A DNA stretch of 36,429 nucleotides from Candidatus Methanofastidiosia archaeon (GCA_046760205.1 JBHIDS010000001.1:1-36429); one strand, 5' to 3'; shown: positions 1 through 8,772, counted from the stretch's first letter. A program made the numbers and translations. Notes: generated by a model not told the origin, from the sequence alone.

Positions 1-274
1 TGAAATCATGAAAAATAGTTATTTCACTATAATCAGTTAAGCCAAACCTATCACCTTTTATTTCAAAACTTCCACTACCACTAGTTTCAAATTTAAAACC
101 TGTTAAAGTTGTAAAATCTTCTTTGCTTTTTTTCTGGATTCTCTTAATTCTAACAAGGCTATGCTTACCATTTCTTAAGACCCAGTAGTCTCCTTCAGGA
201 ATTGCATAATATGGAAGTTTAAATGTTATGAATTTTTTACCCTCTAGATTGGATTCAACTTTTTCTTTAGTCAT
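1..274 (-). CDS. hypothetical protein, C-terminus lies beyond the left window edge
   Basis: Absent from the supplied track because there is no stop inside the window. Hand translation of the minus strand from ATG 274-272 gives MTKEKVESNLEGKKFITFKLPYYAIPEGDYWVLRNGKHSLVRIKRIQKKSKEDFTTLTGFKFETSGSGSFEIKGDRFGLTDYSEITIFHDF, open for 91 codons down to position 2. A TATA-like CATATAAATG (minus strand of 294-303) lies 20-29 nt upstream. About 27% GC. No family recognised. Confidence 0.4.
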   Translation of the reverse strand, partial: MTKEKVESNLEGKKFITFKLPYYAIPEGDYWVLRNGKHSLVRIKRIQKKSKEDFTTLTGFKFETSGSGSFEIKGDRFGLTDYSEITIFHDF

Positions 275-364
275 TTTTTCATCTCTAAAAACTTCATTTA
301 TATGTTTATGTTTAATCAAAGTTTATAAAGTTTTCTTAGTTAATATAAAACATAAACCAGCTTC

Positions 365-763
365 TCATTTAGAATATGGTGATGAGATTATTTGATTAAA
401 ATTTGATTTTCTCAACTTTTCCCTAATCTCATCCTTAATCATTCTGAAGAATTCGATATCTTTTCCGAGAAGATTCTCAATATTCCAATCGATAGTTTTC
501 TGAGGAGGAGTAAGAGGACATGAATCGATACAGCCCATCGTTATGATCAGATTTCCTTCTTCTACCATTTTCTGAGTCAGCAACTTTGGGATTTGATTTG
601 AGATATCTATCCTAATTTCTCTCATTACCTCAATGGCATTGGCATCGATCTTTTTTGAAGGATTGGTTCCAGCACTTTCAGCTTCTATTCCAAATTTCTT
701 AGCAACCCCCTCAGCCATCTGGTTCCTACAAGCATTTTCAGTGCAGACAAAAAGGATTTTCAT
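365..763 (-). CDS. arsC: arsenate reductase of the LMW-phosphatase fold (thioredoxin-coupled ArsC type)
   Basis: 132-aa ORF. It has an N-terminal CX5R P-loop (VCTENACRNQMAEG), RIDISNQ, a second Cys pair in GCIDSCPLTPP and a C-terminal FRMIKDEIREKL. These line up with Bacillus/Staphylococcus pI258-type ArsC as I remember those sequences. A generic LMW protein-tyrosine phosphatase cannot be excluded. Confidence 0.7.
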   Translation of the reverse strand: MKILFVCTENACRNQMAEGVAKKFGIEAESAGTNPSKKIDANAIEVMREIRIDISNQIPKLLTQKMVEEGNLIITMGCIDSCPLTPPQKTIDWNIENLLGKDIEFFRMIKDEIREKLRKSNFNQIISSPYSK

Positions 764-855
764 GATTTACTCTGAAAACTTTGCCATAAAAATTTACTGG
801 TTTAAAATCTTATCAGATACTAAATATTTATAAAATAAAAGTGCAATCTCTTTCC

Positions 856-2105
856 ATGATGAACCTTCGAAGGTATGAAAGAATCGTTGGAAAAGAAGTT
901 ATGGATGGTATTCATGAAAAGGTGAAGGGAATTTCTGAAAAGCATATCCTTTGTGTTAGTTCAACTTATCAAGGGGGTGGCGTTGCAGAACTTCTCAACA
1001 GCCTTGTAATTCTTTTCAATAAAATGGGACTATCCTTTGGATGGAGAATTTTACACGGAAGTCCGAATTTCTTCAAAATTATGAAAGAATTTCACAATGC
1101 CCTCCATGGAGAGAGAATAAAATTGTCAAAAATGAAGAAGATATATCTTGAAATGAACAGAAGATTTTCCACATTCACTCACATAGATCATGATTTGGTC
1201 ATCGTGTATGATCCTCAACCTCTTCCACTGATTGCCTTCCATAGAAAAAAACAACCCTGGATTTTCAGATGTCATATAGATATTTCCAATCCAGCCCCTG
1301 ATGTTTGGAATTATTTAGGAGAATTCATAAAAAGATACGATCATCTCGTTATTTCAAATGAGGAATATAGAAAGAATTTTACGATGCCCCAGACTGTGAT
1401 TTATCCAGCTATAGATCCATTGACCACAAAGAACAAACCAATCTCTGGGAAGACGATTGATAGATACATGACCAAATTTGGAATAGATAATAATAAACCC
1501 ATCATTTCCCAAATATCTCGATTTGATAAATGGAAAGATCCCATAGGTGTTATGAGGGTTTTTGAGTTAGTTAGGAAAAGAATGAACTGTCAATTGATTC
1601 TTCTTGGATCATTTGCATTTGATGATCCAGAGGGGCAGAGGATATTCGAGAAAGTTGAGAAAATGGCAGGGAGAAGTAGATACAAAGAGGATATTAATCT
1701 GATTTTGAATGGATCAGATATTTTGGTTAATTGCTTGCAGAGACATCATCAGTTATCCTCGAAAAACCTGTAAGAGAAGGGTTTACATTGACTGTTGCTG
1801 AAGCTTTGTACAAGAGAACACTTGTTGTGGCTTCCAACATTGGTCGTATTCCTTTGCAGGTAATTGATGGTGTTAATGGTTTCTTGAATGAACCCACAGA
1901 TGTCAATGGATTCAGTGGCAGCATAATTACCCTTCTGAGGGATGAAAAGCTAAGAGAGGAATTTGGAAGAAACGGCAAAGAATATGTGAAGAATGATTTC
2001 TTGATAACTAGACTCATGCTCAATTGGCTTGATCTATTTGAGAGAATTTTCAAATGTCCAAAAAAATCCTCAACTCAATTGATCATCCCTTGTCAGTTCT
2101 CCTAG
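856..2105 (+). pseudogene. treT: TreT-type trehalose glycosyltransferring synthase (GT4), split by a 1-nt frameshift near 1744
   Basis: ORF 841-1773 (likely ATG at 856) carries TreT-like blocks: SSTYQGGGVAELL, FRCHIDISNP, PIISQISRFDKWKD, DDPEG. ORF 1731-2105 in the +1 frame carries the C-terminal block SSVILEKPVREGFTLTVAEALYK...VIDGVNGFL. Together they total about 416 aa, the size of Pyrococcus/Thermococcus TreT. The junction reads ...VNCLQR then CA then SSVILEK. Confidence 0.7.
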
Positions 2106-4316
2106 AAGTGATCTTACATCTCTTATAGAATACAAATTGAATCTAGCCTGTGAAGGTTTCAAACCCACCTTGATGGAATAGGCTGATTGAGGAAGAATCC
2201 CAAAGACATCTTCATCGGTCCAATCATCGCCTATGGCTGTGATAAAATCCCATTTTTCTTTTGAAATCCATTGCAATGCAGCTCTGCCTTTGTCAATTGC
2301 AACATTCTTGATTTCTACCACCTTGTCTCCCTCAAGAACACCCAGGTTTAGATATTCTGTGAGACCCAAGAGAGCACCCTTCAATTCTCCAACCCTCACC
2401 AAAGCCAACTCAGGCTCCGTCTTTCGATAATTGAAAACCAGAGAGAATTCCTTTTCTTCCAAAAAGGAACCAGGAGTTCTATCAACATATACCTCTAGGA
2501 TTGATCTTACTTCTTCCTTCCAATCACCTCTCAAAGGCTGTATCATCTCCCAAGGTCTATTCTTTCTTTTGATCCATACACCATGCTCTGCAATCAGTCC
2601 TATATCCATCTTGGAAAACCACTCCTCTAGAGTTCCTTTATCCCTTCCACTGATGATCACAACCTCATTTTTGGATTCTTCACAGAGTGATTTCAGTAAC
2701 TTCAAAAGGTTATCATCAGGCTTTGCCTTTTTTGGATTCTTTATGAATGGGGTGAGAGTTCCATCGTAATCCAAAAGAATCAGTCTTTTACTGCTCCCTA
2801 AATACTGATCGATTAATTCTTTTCTGATTTTTCGTGAAAGCCTCTTTGCATGATACTTTTCTTGCAGTTCCTTTACTTCAAATAACTTGTCTATGAAGTC
2901 ATGGGCCCATTTTGTCACATTGTAGCGTCTTATCCTATCTTGCATTTCGGAATTCCGTTCTTTTTGTTCTTCTTTAGACATGGTCAAAGCCTTCTTTATC
3001 GCTTCTGAAACCTGCACTTTGTTGTTTGGATTTACTATTAGAGCCTCTCCCAGCTCTCTCGCTGCTCCAGCTGTCTCACTGAGAATCAACACCCCCATTC
3101 CATCAGATTTAGTTGCAATAAATTCTTTTGCTATCAGATTCATTCCGTCCCTTAAGGGAGTAACGAGAGTAACATCGGAAAGATGGTAAAGGGCAATCAA
3201 TGTATGAAAAGGTGAGGACTGAAATAGGTACCATACGGGAATCCAACCAATGGTTCCGTGCCTTCCATTGATTCTCCCCACCAATTCATCCAAATTCTTT
3301 TTGAGAAGCTCGTACGCCTTTACTCCTGTGCGAGATGGAGTTGCACATAGAATTAGGGTTACTTTCTCCCTGTATTGGGGATTATTCTCTAGGAAAAGAT
3401 TGAAAGCCTCAAGTCTTTGAAGTATACCTTTTGTGTAGTCCAGTCGATCGATGGATAGAATGATTCTTTGCTTTCCTACCCTTTTTCTGATTATCCTTGC
3501 TTCTTCCTGTACACGAGGTTCATTTAGAGCACTTTCAAACTTCTCGTAGTCTATTCCCATGGGAAAGGCATCAGCCTTTATTATGTAATCATCGGCATAG
3601 ATGTTGCCCATATTATGTTCGTATCCCAGAATACGACGAATACTGGATAGAAAATGTCGTACATAATCATATGTATGAAATCCAACAAGATCAGAACCCA
3701 AAAGACCCTTCAAGATTTCTTCTCTCCATGGCATAGAAGAATATGTCTCTGAGGAGGGAAAGGGGATGTGAAGAAAAAATCCCATTTTTACTTGAGGAAG
3801 CTTTTTTCTGATGAGTTTAGGAAGAAGCATCAGGTGATAATCGTGCAACCAGATAATATCATCTGGTTTCGCAACTTCTGATAGTGTTTTTAGAAAAAGT
3901 TGGTTTACATGTTTGTAAGATTCCCACAATCGTTCATCATAGACTGTATAATTTGTAAAGTAATGGAAAAGGGGCCATATCGTGTTATTGCAAAATCCCT
4001 CGTAGTAGAGTTCTACATCCTCACTAGACAAGAAAACAGGATAGCTATTGAAATCCTTAAGCAATCTTGTCTTAATATTCTCTTTTTCCTCTCTTTTCAG
4101 ATTGTTTGATGGAATTCCACACCAACCTATCCAAACACTGTTGAATGATTGATAGAGTGAAGTCAACCCTGTTGCCAACCCACCTACACTTTGTATAAAG
4201 TTTAACGTTCCTCCTTCTTTTCTGACAGTGATAGGCAACCTATTGGAGACTATCAATACTCGATGTCTACCTGGCTCTCTATTCAATTTCATGATTATTA
4301 CCACCATTGGATTCAA
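2070..4316 (-). CDS. bifunctional trehalose-6-phosphate synthase / trehalose-6-phosphate phosphatase (OtsA-OtsB fusion, TPSP)
   Basis: 748 aa. The N-terminal GT20 domain shows LIVSNRLPITV, IWLHDYHLMLLP and FFLHIPFPSSE. The C-terminal HAD phosphatase shows LILLDYDGTLTPF (motif I) and AIGDDWTDEDVF (motif III). Confidence 0.85.
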   Translation of the reverse strand: MNPMVVIIMKLNREPGRHRVLIVSNRLPITVRKEGGTLNFIQSVGGLATGLTSLYQSFNSVWIGWCGIPSNNLKREEKENIKTRLLKDFNSYPVFLSSEDVELYYEGFCNNTIWPLFHYFTNYTVYDERLWESYKHVNQLFLKTLSEVAKPDDIIWLHDYHLMLLPKLIRKKLPQVKMGFFLHIPFPSSETYSSMPWREEILKGLLGSDLVGFHTYDYVRHFLSSIRRILGYEHNMGNIYADDYIIKADAFPMGIDYEKFESALNEPRVQEEARIIRKRVGKQRIILSIDRLDYTKGILQRLEAFNLFLENNPQYREKVTLILCATPSRTGVKAYELLKKNLDELVGRINGRHGTIGWIPVWYLFQSSPFHTLIALYHLSDVTLVTPLRDGMNLIAKEFIATKSDGMGVLILSETAGAARELGEALIVNPNNKVQVSEAIKKALTMSKEEQKERNSEMQDRIRRYNVTKWAHDFIDKLFEVKELQEKYHAKRLSRKIRKELIDQYLGSSKRLILLDYDGTLTPFIKNPKKAKPDDNLLKLLKSLCEESKNEVVIISGRDKGTLEEWFSKMDIGLIAEHGVWIKRKNRPWEMIQPLRGDWKEEVRSILEVYVDRTPGSFLEEKEFSLVFNYRKTEPELALVRVGELKGALLGLTEYLNLGVLEGDKVVEIKNVAIDKGRAALQWISKEKWDFITAIGDDWTDEDVFGILPQSAYSIKVGLKPSQARFNLYSIRDVRSLLGELTRDDQLS

Positions 4317-4404
4317 ATTATTCTTTCTGTCTGAATTAAATTATTCTTATTTTTTCGAGCTTACATATAAATCTTTTTCTTTTAAGTCTTTGGAATAAAA
4401 AAAA

Positions 4405-4456
4405 ATGTAATAACACCACACATAGGTAACACTTTTGACACGAGACATGGGTAACA
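4405..4456. repeat. left terminal inverted repeat of the IS
   Basis: ATGTAATAACACCACACATAGGTAACACTTTTGACACGAGACATGGGTAACA. About 34/52 positions match the reverse complement of 5362-5413. The shared blocks are ATGTAAT, ATAGGTAACA and ACATGGGT.ACA. Confidence 0.65.
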
Positions 4457-4470
4457 TTCCTTTATAAAGC

Positions 4471-5367
4471 TCATGGTAATCGCTCCTTGTATCTTGCATG
4501 GGGCGTACACCCTCCAATGCCCATGTGGGGTCTTTCATAATTGTAATATTTCACATATTCATCCAGTGCCTGCTGAGCTTCCTCCAGGCTAGTGAAGGTA
4601 TACAAATCCAAAAACTCTTCCTGCAGATTCCGATGCCAGCGTTCAATTTTGCCAATACCCTGTGGATGAGCAATTGCAGTTGTGATGTGCTTTATATTTG
4701 CCCTGGAACAGAGCCTAGAAACCTTCTTGGAGAGGAATTGCCTTCCATTATCAGTGTAGATCTGTACAGGCGACCCGTACTTCTGGATAGCCAGTCTAAG
4801 GCTTTTCGCTACTTCTTTGGCTCTCTCTCGGCAATATAGATGGCATGCAAGGATTTTCCGGGAACAGTCATCAAGGATGGTTACTGGATAGATTTTAAGC
4901 TTACCAATCGAAAAAGAACCCATGATGTCCATCTGCCATAAAGAGTTGGAATGCTCCCGTTCAAACCGTTTGTAGATCTTCTTTCTTTTCTGCCATAACG
5001 TAGGAATTCCATTTCTTTTGAGGACCGCATTGACGGTCTTGGGTGAGATAGTCACTCCCTGTTGGAGCAACTGATTTCTGATCCTGTATGCCCCCCATCG
5101 TGGGTACTGAGTCTTGATCTTCACAATCTGGGCTTCAATAGCAGAATTGGTCTGCTTGGGTGAGCTCTTCGGTCTACAAGATCGATCCTTCAGTCCATCA
5201 ATTCCTTCCTGTTCAAAACAACGTTGCCACTTGTAATAGGTCTTACGAGAGACATCAAGGCGATTACAGGCTTCTGTCACTGTAATGCCCGCTTGATCTG
5301 GCAGTTGGATCAATTTCCAACGAAATGTTAGCACATCCAAGGTGATCACCTTCTGCCAAAGTGTCAC
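4471..5367 (-). CDS. IS481/IS3-superfamily DDE transposase (HTH + rve integrase core)
   Basis: 298 aa with a GTG start. It has an N-terminal HTH (ITVTEACNRLDVSRKTYYKWQR). The catalytic core shows WQMDI, IYTDNGRQF, GKIERWH and YYNYERPHMGIGG. Confidence 0.85.
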   Translation of the reverse strand: MTLWQKVITLDVLTFRWKLIQLPDQAGITVTEACNRLDVSRKTYYKWQRCFEQEGIDGLKDRSCRPKSSPKQTNSAIEAQIVKIKTQYPRWGAYRIRNQLLQQGVTISPKTVNAVLKRNGIPTLWQKRKKIYKRFEREHSNSLWQMDIMGSFSIGKLKIYPVTILDDCSRKILACHLYCRERAKEVAKSLRLAIQKYGSPVQIYTDNGRQFLSKKVSRLCSRANIKHITTAIAHPQGIGKIERWHRNLQEEFLDLYTFTSLEEAQQALDEYVKYYNYERPHMGIGGCTPHARYKERLP

Positions 5368-5413
5368 CCATGTGTCTTCTTACTTTTGTTACCTATCTCT
5401 CTTCACATTACAT
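5362..5413. repeat. right terminal inverted repeat of the IS
   Basis: The reverse complement reads ATGTAATGTGAAGAGAGATAGGTAACAAAAGTAAGAAGACACATGGGTGACA and pairs with 4405-4456. It overlaps the GTG start region of the transposase. Confidence 0.65.
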
Positions 5414-5455
5414 CGGTTGAAGAAAAGCTTATAAGATTTAAGCTTTAATCGAATC

Positions 5456-6097
5456 ATGCTCATCGGAGTGGATGAGGCTGGCAGAGGTCCTGTCATAGGT
5501 CCAATGATCGTTTGTGCACTCTCAGTTGAAGATGAGAGAAAACTCCTAGATCTTGGTATCAGGGATTCAAAGAAACTTTCGTCAGAGAAAAGAGAATATC
5601 TAAGTAAGGAAATCAGAAAAATTTCAAATTTATCTTTAGTCGAAGTTTCTGCAAGAGAGATTGATTCTTTGAGAAAGTCCCTTACTTTGAACGATATTAC
5701 AATTCAGAAATTTGCACAGGCTATTTTGAAGATTCCGAAAATCGAAAATGCTGAAAGAATCTTTGTGGATTCCTGTGACGTTGATGAGAGAAGGTTTGCC
5801 TCAAACCTTTTAAGGTTTTTGAACTTTGATTGTGAGCTTGTGGCAGAGCATGGCGCAGATGAGAGGTATCCTATAGTTGCCGCAGCCTCTGTGATTGCTA
5901 AAGTTTCAAGAGATGAGAGAATCTCTGAATTTAAAAGATTGGGTTTTGAGGTGGGTTCAGGTTATCCCTCAGATGAAAAAACCATAAATTTTTTAAAAAA
6001 GTACATGAAAAAAAATAGAGAGCTTCCAGATTTTGTGAGAAGGTCTTGGAAGACTGTTGAAAGGTTGAAGCAAGGGAATTTGGATTCTTACCTTTGA
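5456..6097 (+). CDS. rnhB: ribonuclease HII
   Basis: 213 aa with GVDEAGRGPVIGPMIVCAL, RDSKKLS and AAASVIAKVSRD. TATA-like CTTATAAG lies about 25 nt upstream of the ATG, so the transcript is probably leaderless. Confidence 0.9.
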   Translation: MLIGVDEAGRGPVIGPMIVCALSVEDERKLLDLGIRDSKKLSSEKREYLSKEIRKISNLSLVEVSAREIDSLRKSLTLNDITIQKFAQAILKIPKIENAERIFVDSCDVDERRFASNLLRFLNFDCELVAEHGADERYPIVAAASVIAKVSRDERISEFKRLGFEVGSGYPSDEKTINFLKKYMKKNRELPDFVRRSWKTVERLKQGNLDSYL

Positions 6098-6143
6098 AAT
6101 ATCAAAAACCCTAAAAGATACCAATCTTAAATGAAATGATGAT

Positions 6144-6875
6144 ATGAAAGGTAATAAAATGAAATCTGGTTATTATATCTCCAAACAAGATAAGCTTTTA
6201 AAAAAGTTTGACAAAATATCTGTTTTCATCGAAAAAAAATTGGTAAAATATTATGATGAAAAATTCGCAAATGAAATAACAAAAGAGGCACATGCTGAAT
6301 TTGAAAATATTATTCCTGAAATCCCATATTTTCCTGGAAGAATAAATATTTTTCGAGAAGTTATGGTAATAAATGCTTGGATGATTTCATTTTATAAACC
6401 AATGAAAAAATTTGGCAAAACTGTTGAGGAAACAATGAAAATTTTTTATGAAGTAACAGAAGAATTTCATATATCAATACCAAAAATTTTACGCTGGCTT
6501 TTGAGAAAGCTTATATTTAGCCCAATATTTTTCAAAATAGTCCAAATCTCATCAAAAAATGTATTTGATCATCCAGATGGTTGGAAAATTGAATATAAGA
6601 AAGAAGGCAAAGATTGTGATTGGTATTTTGAAGCAACAGAATGTGGCGCTGTTAAATTTTTAAGTAATCAGGGAGTTCCTGAGCTAGCATCTTACTGCAA
6701 TTTTGCAGATTATATACAAAGTAATCTACTTGGACTAGGAATGCAACAGTTGTCATGTATTGGAGCTGGTGATAAAAATTGTATTGAGTGTATGAAGCAA
6801 GGCAGAAGGACAGAGCTACCAAGTAACCTCAAAAAATTGTTTGAAAATAAGCCAAGCAATGAGAATTCAAAATGA
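6144..6875 (+). CDS. hypothetical protein, possibly L-2-amino-thiazoline-4-carboxylic acid hydrolase-like family
   Basis: 243 aa. The Cys-rich C-terminal part (ECGAVKFLSNQGVPELASYCNFADY...SCIGAGDKNCIECMK) resembles my memory of the ATC-hydrolase Pfam family. Assignment is tentative. The gene is strongly AT-rich (23-30% GC). Confidence 0.45.
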   Translation: MKGNKMKSGYYISKQDKLLKKFDKISVFIEKKLVKYYDEKFANEITKEAHAEFENIIPEIPYFPGRINIFREVMVINAWMISFYKPMKKFGKTVEETMKIFYEVTEEFHISIPKILRWLLRKLIFSPIFFKIVQISSKNVFDHPDGWKIEYKKEGKDCDWYFEATECGAVKFLSNQGVPELASYCNFADYIQSNLLGLGMQQLSCIGAGDKNCIECMKQGRRTELPSNLKKLFENKPSNENSK

Positions 6876-6984
6876 TTGCTCCCCTCAGTCGCAACATTGT
6901 ATATGCTGGAATCGTTATACCAACAAAAAGTTAACAGAACTTATCTTTAGAAAATCTTTTATACACCAAACCCAAAATACTTTT

Positions 6985-7497
6985 ATGATTGGTGTTGTTG
7001 GAGACTTTCACATTCCCTCAAGAGCACGAGAGATTCCCAGATGGATGATGAAAAAGCTTGGAAAATGCGAGCTGATACTCTGCACTGGGGACTTCACCAC
7101 AAGAAAAACCTTAGGAGAGCTTGAGGAGCTTTCCAAAGTCAAGGCTGTGAGGGGAAACATGGATTCTCTAGATCTTCCCTCCACCCTAAAGCTAACACTG
7201 AATGAAAAGAAGATTCTCTTATTTCATGGATATGGAATACATCCAAGAGGAAATCTTGAACAACTCTTGAGGGTTGCAAAAGACTTTTCTGCAGATATCA
7301 TGATTCATGGACACACCCACAGATGTGATGTGAGAAAGTATGGAGGGATTTTGTTTCTAAACCCTGGTTCTGCAACAGGGGTTTGGAGCGGAGGTGGGAT
7401 TGAACCCAGACCAAGCATGCTGATTTTGGAAATCTCAGATGAGATAAGAATTAAAATCCTTGAAGGCGATAGGATCTTGGATGAGAAAGTTTTTTAA
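6985..7497 (+). CDS. MJ0936/YfcE/Vps29-type metallophosphoesterase
   Basis: The track ORF starts at 6841, but the conserved domain begins at ATG 6985 (MIGVVGDFHIP). Motifs present are GDF, RGNMD, HGHTH and NPGSATG. TATA-like TTTTATAC lies about 25 nt upstream of 6985. Confidence 0.8.
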   Translation: MIGVVGDFHIPSRAREIPRWMMKKLGKCELILCTGDFTTRKTLGELEELSKVKAVRGNMDSLDLPSTLKLTLNEKKILLFHGYGIHPRGNLEQLLRVAKDFSADIMIHGHTHRCDVRKYGGILFLNPGSATGVWSGGGIEPRPSMLILEISDEIRIKILEGDRILDEKVF

Positions 7498-7517
7498 GAT
7501 TGAGTTCAACTTGATGC

Positions 7518-7706
7518 ATGATTCGTATTTTGAAAGGATATTGCAAAGGATGCCTTTTGTGTATAGAATATTGCCCAAAAAACGTTTTAGCAAAATCAGA
7601 TGAGCTGAATTACCACTTTCATCCGAAAGTTGTGGATTTGGAGAGTTGTACGAAATGCAGAATCTGCGAGCTTAGGTGCCCAGACTTTGCAATCTCGGTG
7701 ATCTGA
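7518..7706 (+). CDS. korD: 2-oxoacid:ferredoxin oxidoreductase delta subunit (2x[4Fe-4S] ferredoxin-like)
   Basis: 62 aa with two CxxCxxCxxxCP motifs (CKGCLLCIEYCP, CTKCRICELRCP). It lies directly upstream of the alpha subunit. The kor symbol is assigned from the delta-alpha-beta-gamma gene order only; substrate is not proven. Confidence 0.7.
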   Translation: MIRILKGYCKGCLLCIEYCPKNVLAKSDELNYHFHPKVVDLESCTKCRICELRCPDFAISVI

Positions 7707-7707
7707 G

Positions 7708-8772
7708 ATGTTTGACCTTGGAGACCATGCCATTGCAGAAGGGGCTCTCTATGCAGGGTGCAACTTTTTCTGTGGCTATCCAATAACCCCAGCCACAGAG
7801 ATAATGACCTACATGCAGAGAAATCTAAGAGGAAAAGGGCACTTTCTCCAGATGGAGGACGAGATTGCATCCATTGGGGCTTGCATTGGAGCAGTCTGGG
7901 CTGGAGCCAAGGCAATGACTGCCACATCTGGACCTGGTTTTTCTCTCATGCAGGAAAATCTTGGGTATGCCTACATGACGGAGACTCCCTTGGTTCTTGT
8001 GAACGTGCAGAGAACTGGACCTGCAACTGGACAAGCCACAAAGCCTGCACAGGGGGATGTGCTCCAAGCCAAGTATGGGACTCATGGAGATTATGAAGCT
8101 ATAGTACTCACTCCTTGGAGTGTCCAAGAGGCCTATGATCTGACTATTAGGGCTTTCAACCTTGCAGAGCTTTTGAGAACTCCAGTGATTCTCTTGACAG
8201 ATGGTGTTGTTGGGCATATGAGAGAGAACTATGAAAGAAGGAAATTGAAGGTGATTGAGAGAGAATTTCCGAGAGAGAAGGTCAATCCGTTTTTCGACAA
8301 AATGCCAAAGTTTGGACAGGGCTTTGAGCTTCTGGTTACAGGTTCCTCTCACAGAGCAGATGGTCTTAGAGATTACTCTCCCAAGTACCACCAAAAGATA
8401 GTCAAGAGGATATGCAAAAAAATTATAAATAAGAAGAATGAGATATGTGAGTTTGAGAGCTTTCATTTAAAAGATTCAAAAAAGATCCTCATCTCTTATG
8501 GAGCCTCTGCAAGACCTTCTTTTGGAGCCTTCAAGCTTTTAAGGAAGAAGGGGGAGAAAGTTGGTTTTTTGAGATTGAAAACTCTCTTCCCATTTCCAGA
8601 AATTGAAAAGTTATGTGAGCGAAAAAAAATCTATGTGTGTGAGATGAACGTTGGGAGAATCTCTCTCGAGGTGGAGCGCGTTACAAAGGAGGAAGTTAAA
8701 ACTTTGTCCTTTGTAGGAGGAGTCGTTCCAAGAATCTCTGAAATTTTAAGAGGTGTTTTGGATGAGAAGTAA
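7708..8772 (+). CDS. korA: 2-oxoacid:ferredoxin oxidoreductase alpha subunit
   Basis: 354 aa with CGYPITPATEI and MTATSGPGFSLMQE blocks typical of OFOR alpha subunits. A GGTGATC SD lies inside the end of the delta gene. Confidence 0.8.
   Translation: MFDLGDHAIAEGALYAGCNFFCGYPITPATEIMTYMQRNLRGKGHFLQMEDEIASIGACIGAVWAGAKAMTATSGPGFSLMQENLGYAYMTETPLVLVNVQRTGPATGQATKPAQGDVLQAKYGTHGDYEAIVLTPWSVQEAYDLTIRAFNLAELLRTPVILLTDGVVGHMRENYERRKLKVIEREFPREKVNPFFDKMPKFGQGFELLVTGSSHRADGLRDYSPKYHQKIVKRICKKIINKKNEICEFESFHLKDSKKILISYGASARPSFGAFKLLRKKGEKVGFLRLKTLFPFPEIEKLCERKKIYVCEMNVGRISLEVERVTKEEVKTLSFVGGVVPRISEILRGVLDEK

Larger units (their letters stand above)
4405..5413 (-). mobile_element. IS481-like insertion sequence (single DDE/rve transposase, imperfect terminal inverted repeats)
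   Basis: About 1009 bp, bounded by ATGTAAT (4405-4411) and ATTACAT (5407-5413). The two ends align as inverted repeats over about 52 nt, with three conserved blocks at identical spacing. GC is about 47%, against about 30% in the flanks. No clean target-site duplication seen. Confidence 0.75.

Noticed and set aside
633-833. 66-aa plus-strand ORF antisense to arsC.
   Set aside because: It lies within, and antisense to, a gene with clear family motifs, and it extends into the promoter spacer.
4347-4839. ORFs 4347-4538 (-) and 4498-4839 (+) at the left end of the IS.
   Set aside because: One spans the IS terminal repeat and the transposase 3' end. The other is antisense to the transposase. Neither has recognisable motifs.
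6136-6142. ATGATGA (C-box-like heptamer) as the start of a C/D box sRNA. Also GTGATGA at 32248-32254.
   Set aside because: No CTGA D or D' box lies at the required 12-nt guide spacing downstream of either site, and there are no terminal stem nucleotides. The second site is better explained as SD plus start region of the 57-aa ORF.
6841-6984. A 48-codon N-terminal extension of the phosphoesterase ORF, overlapping the previous gene.
   Set aside because: The conserved metallophosphoesterase domain begins at the Met at 6985, which has a TATA-like box at leaderless distance. The extension is Cys/Gln-rich and unconserved-looking.
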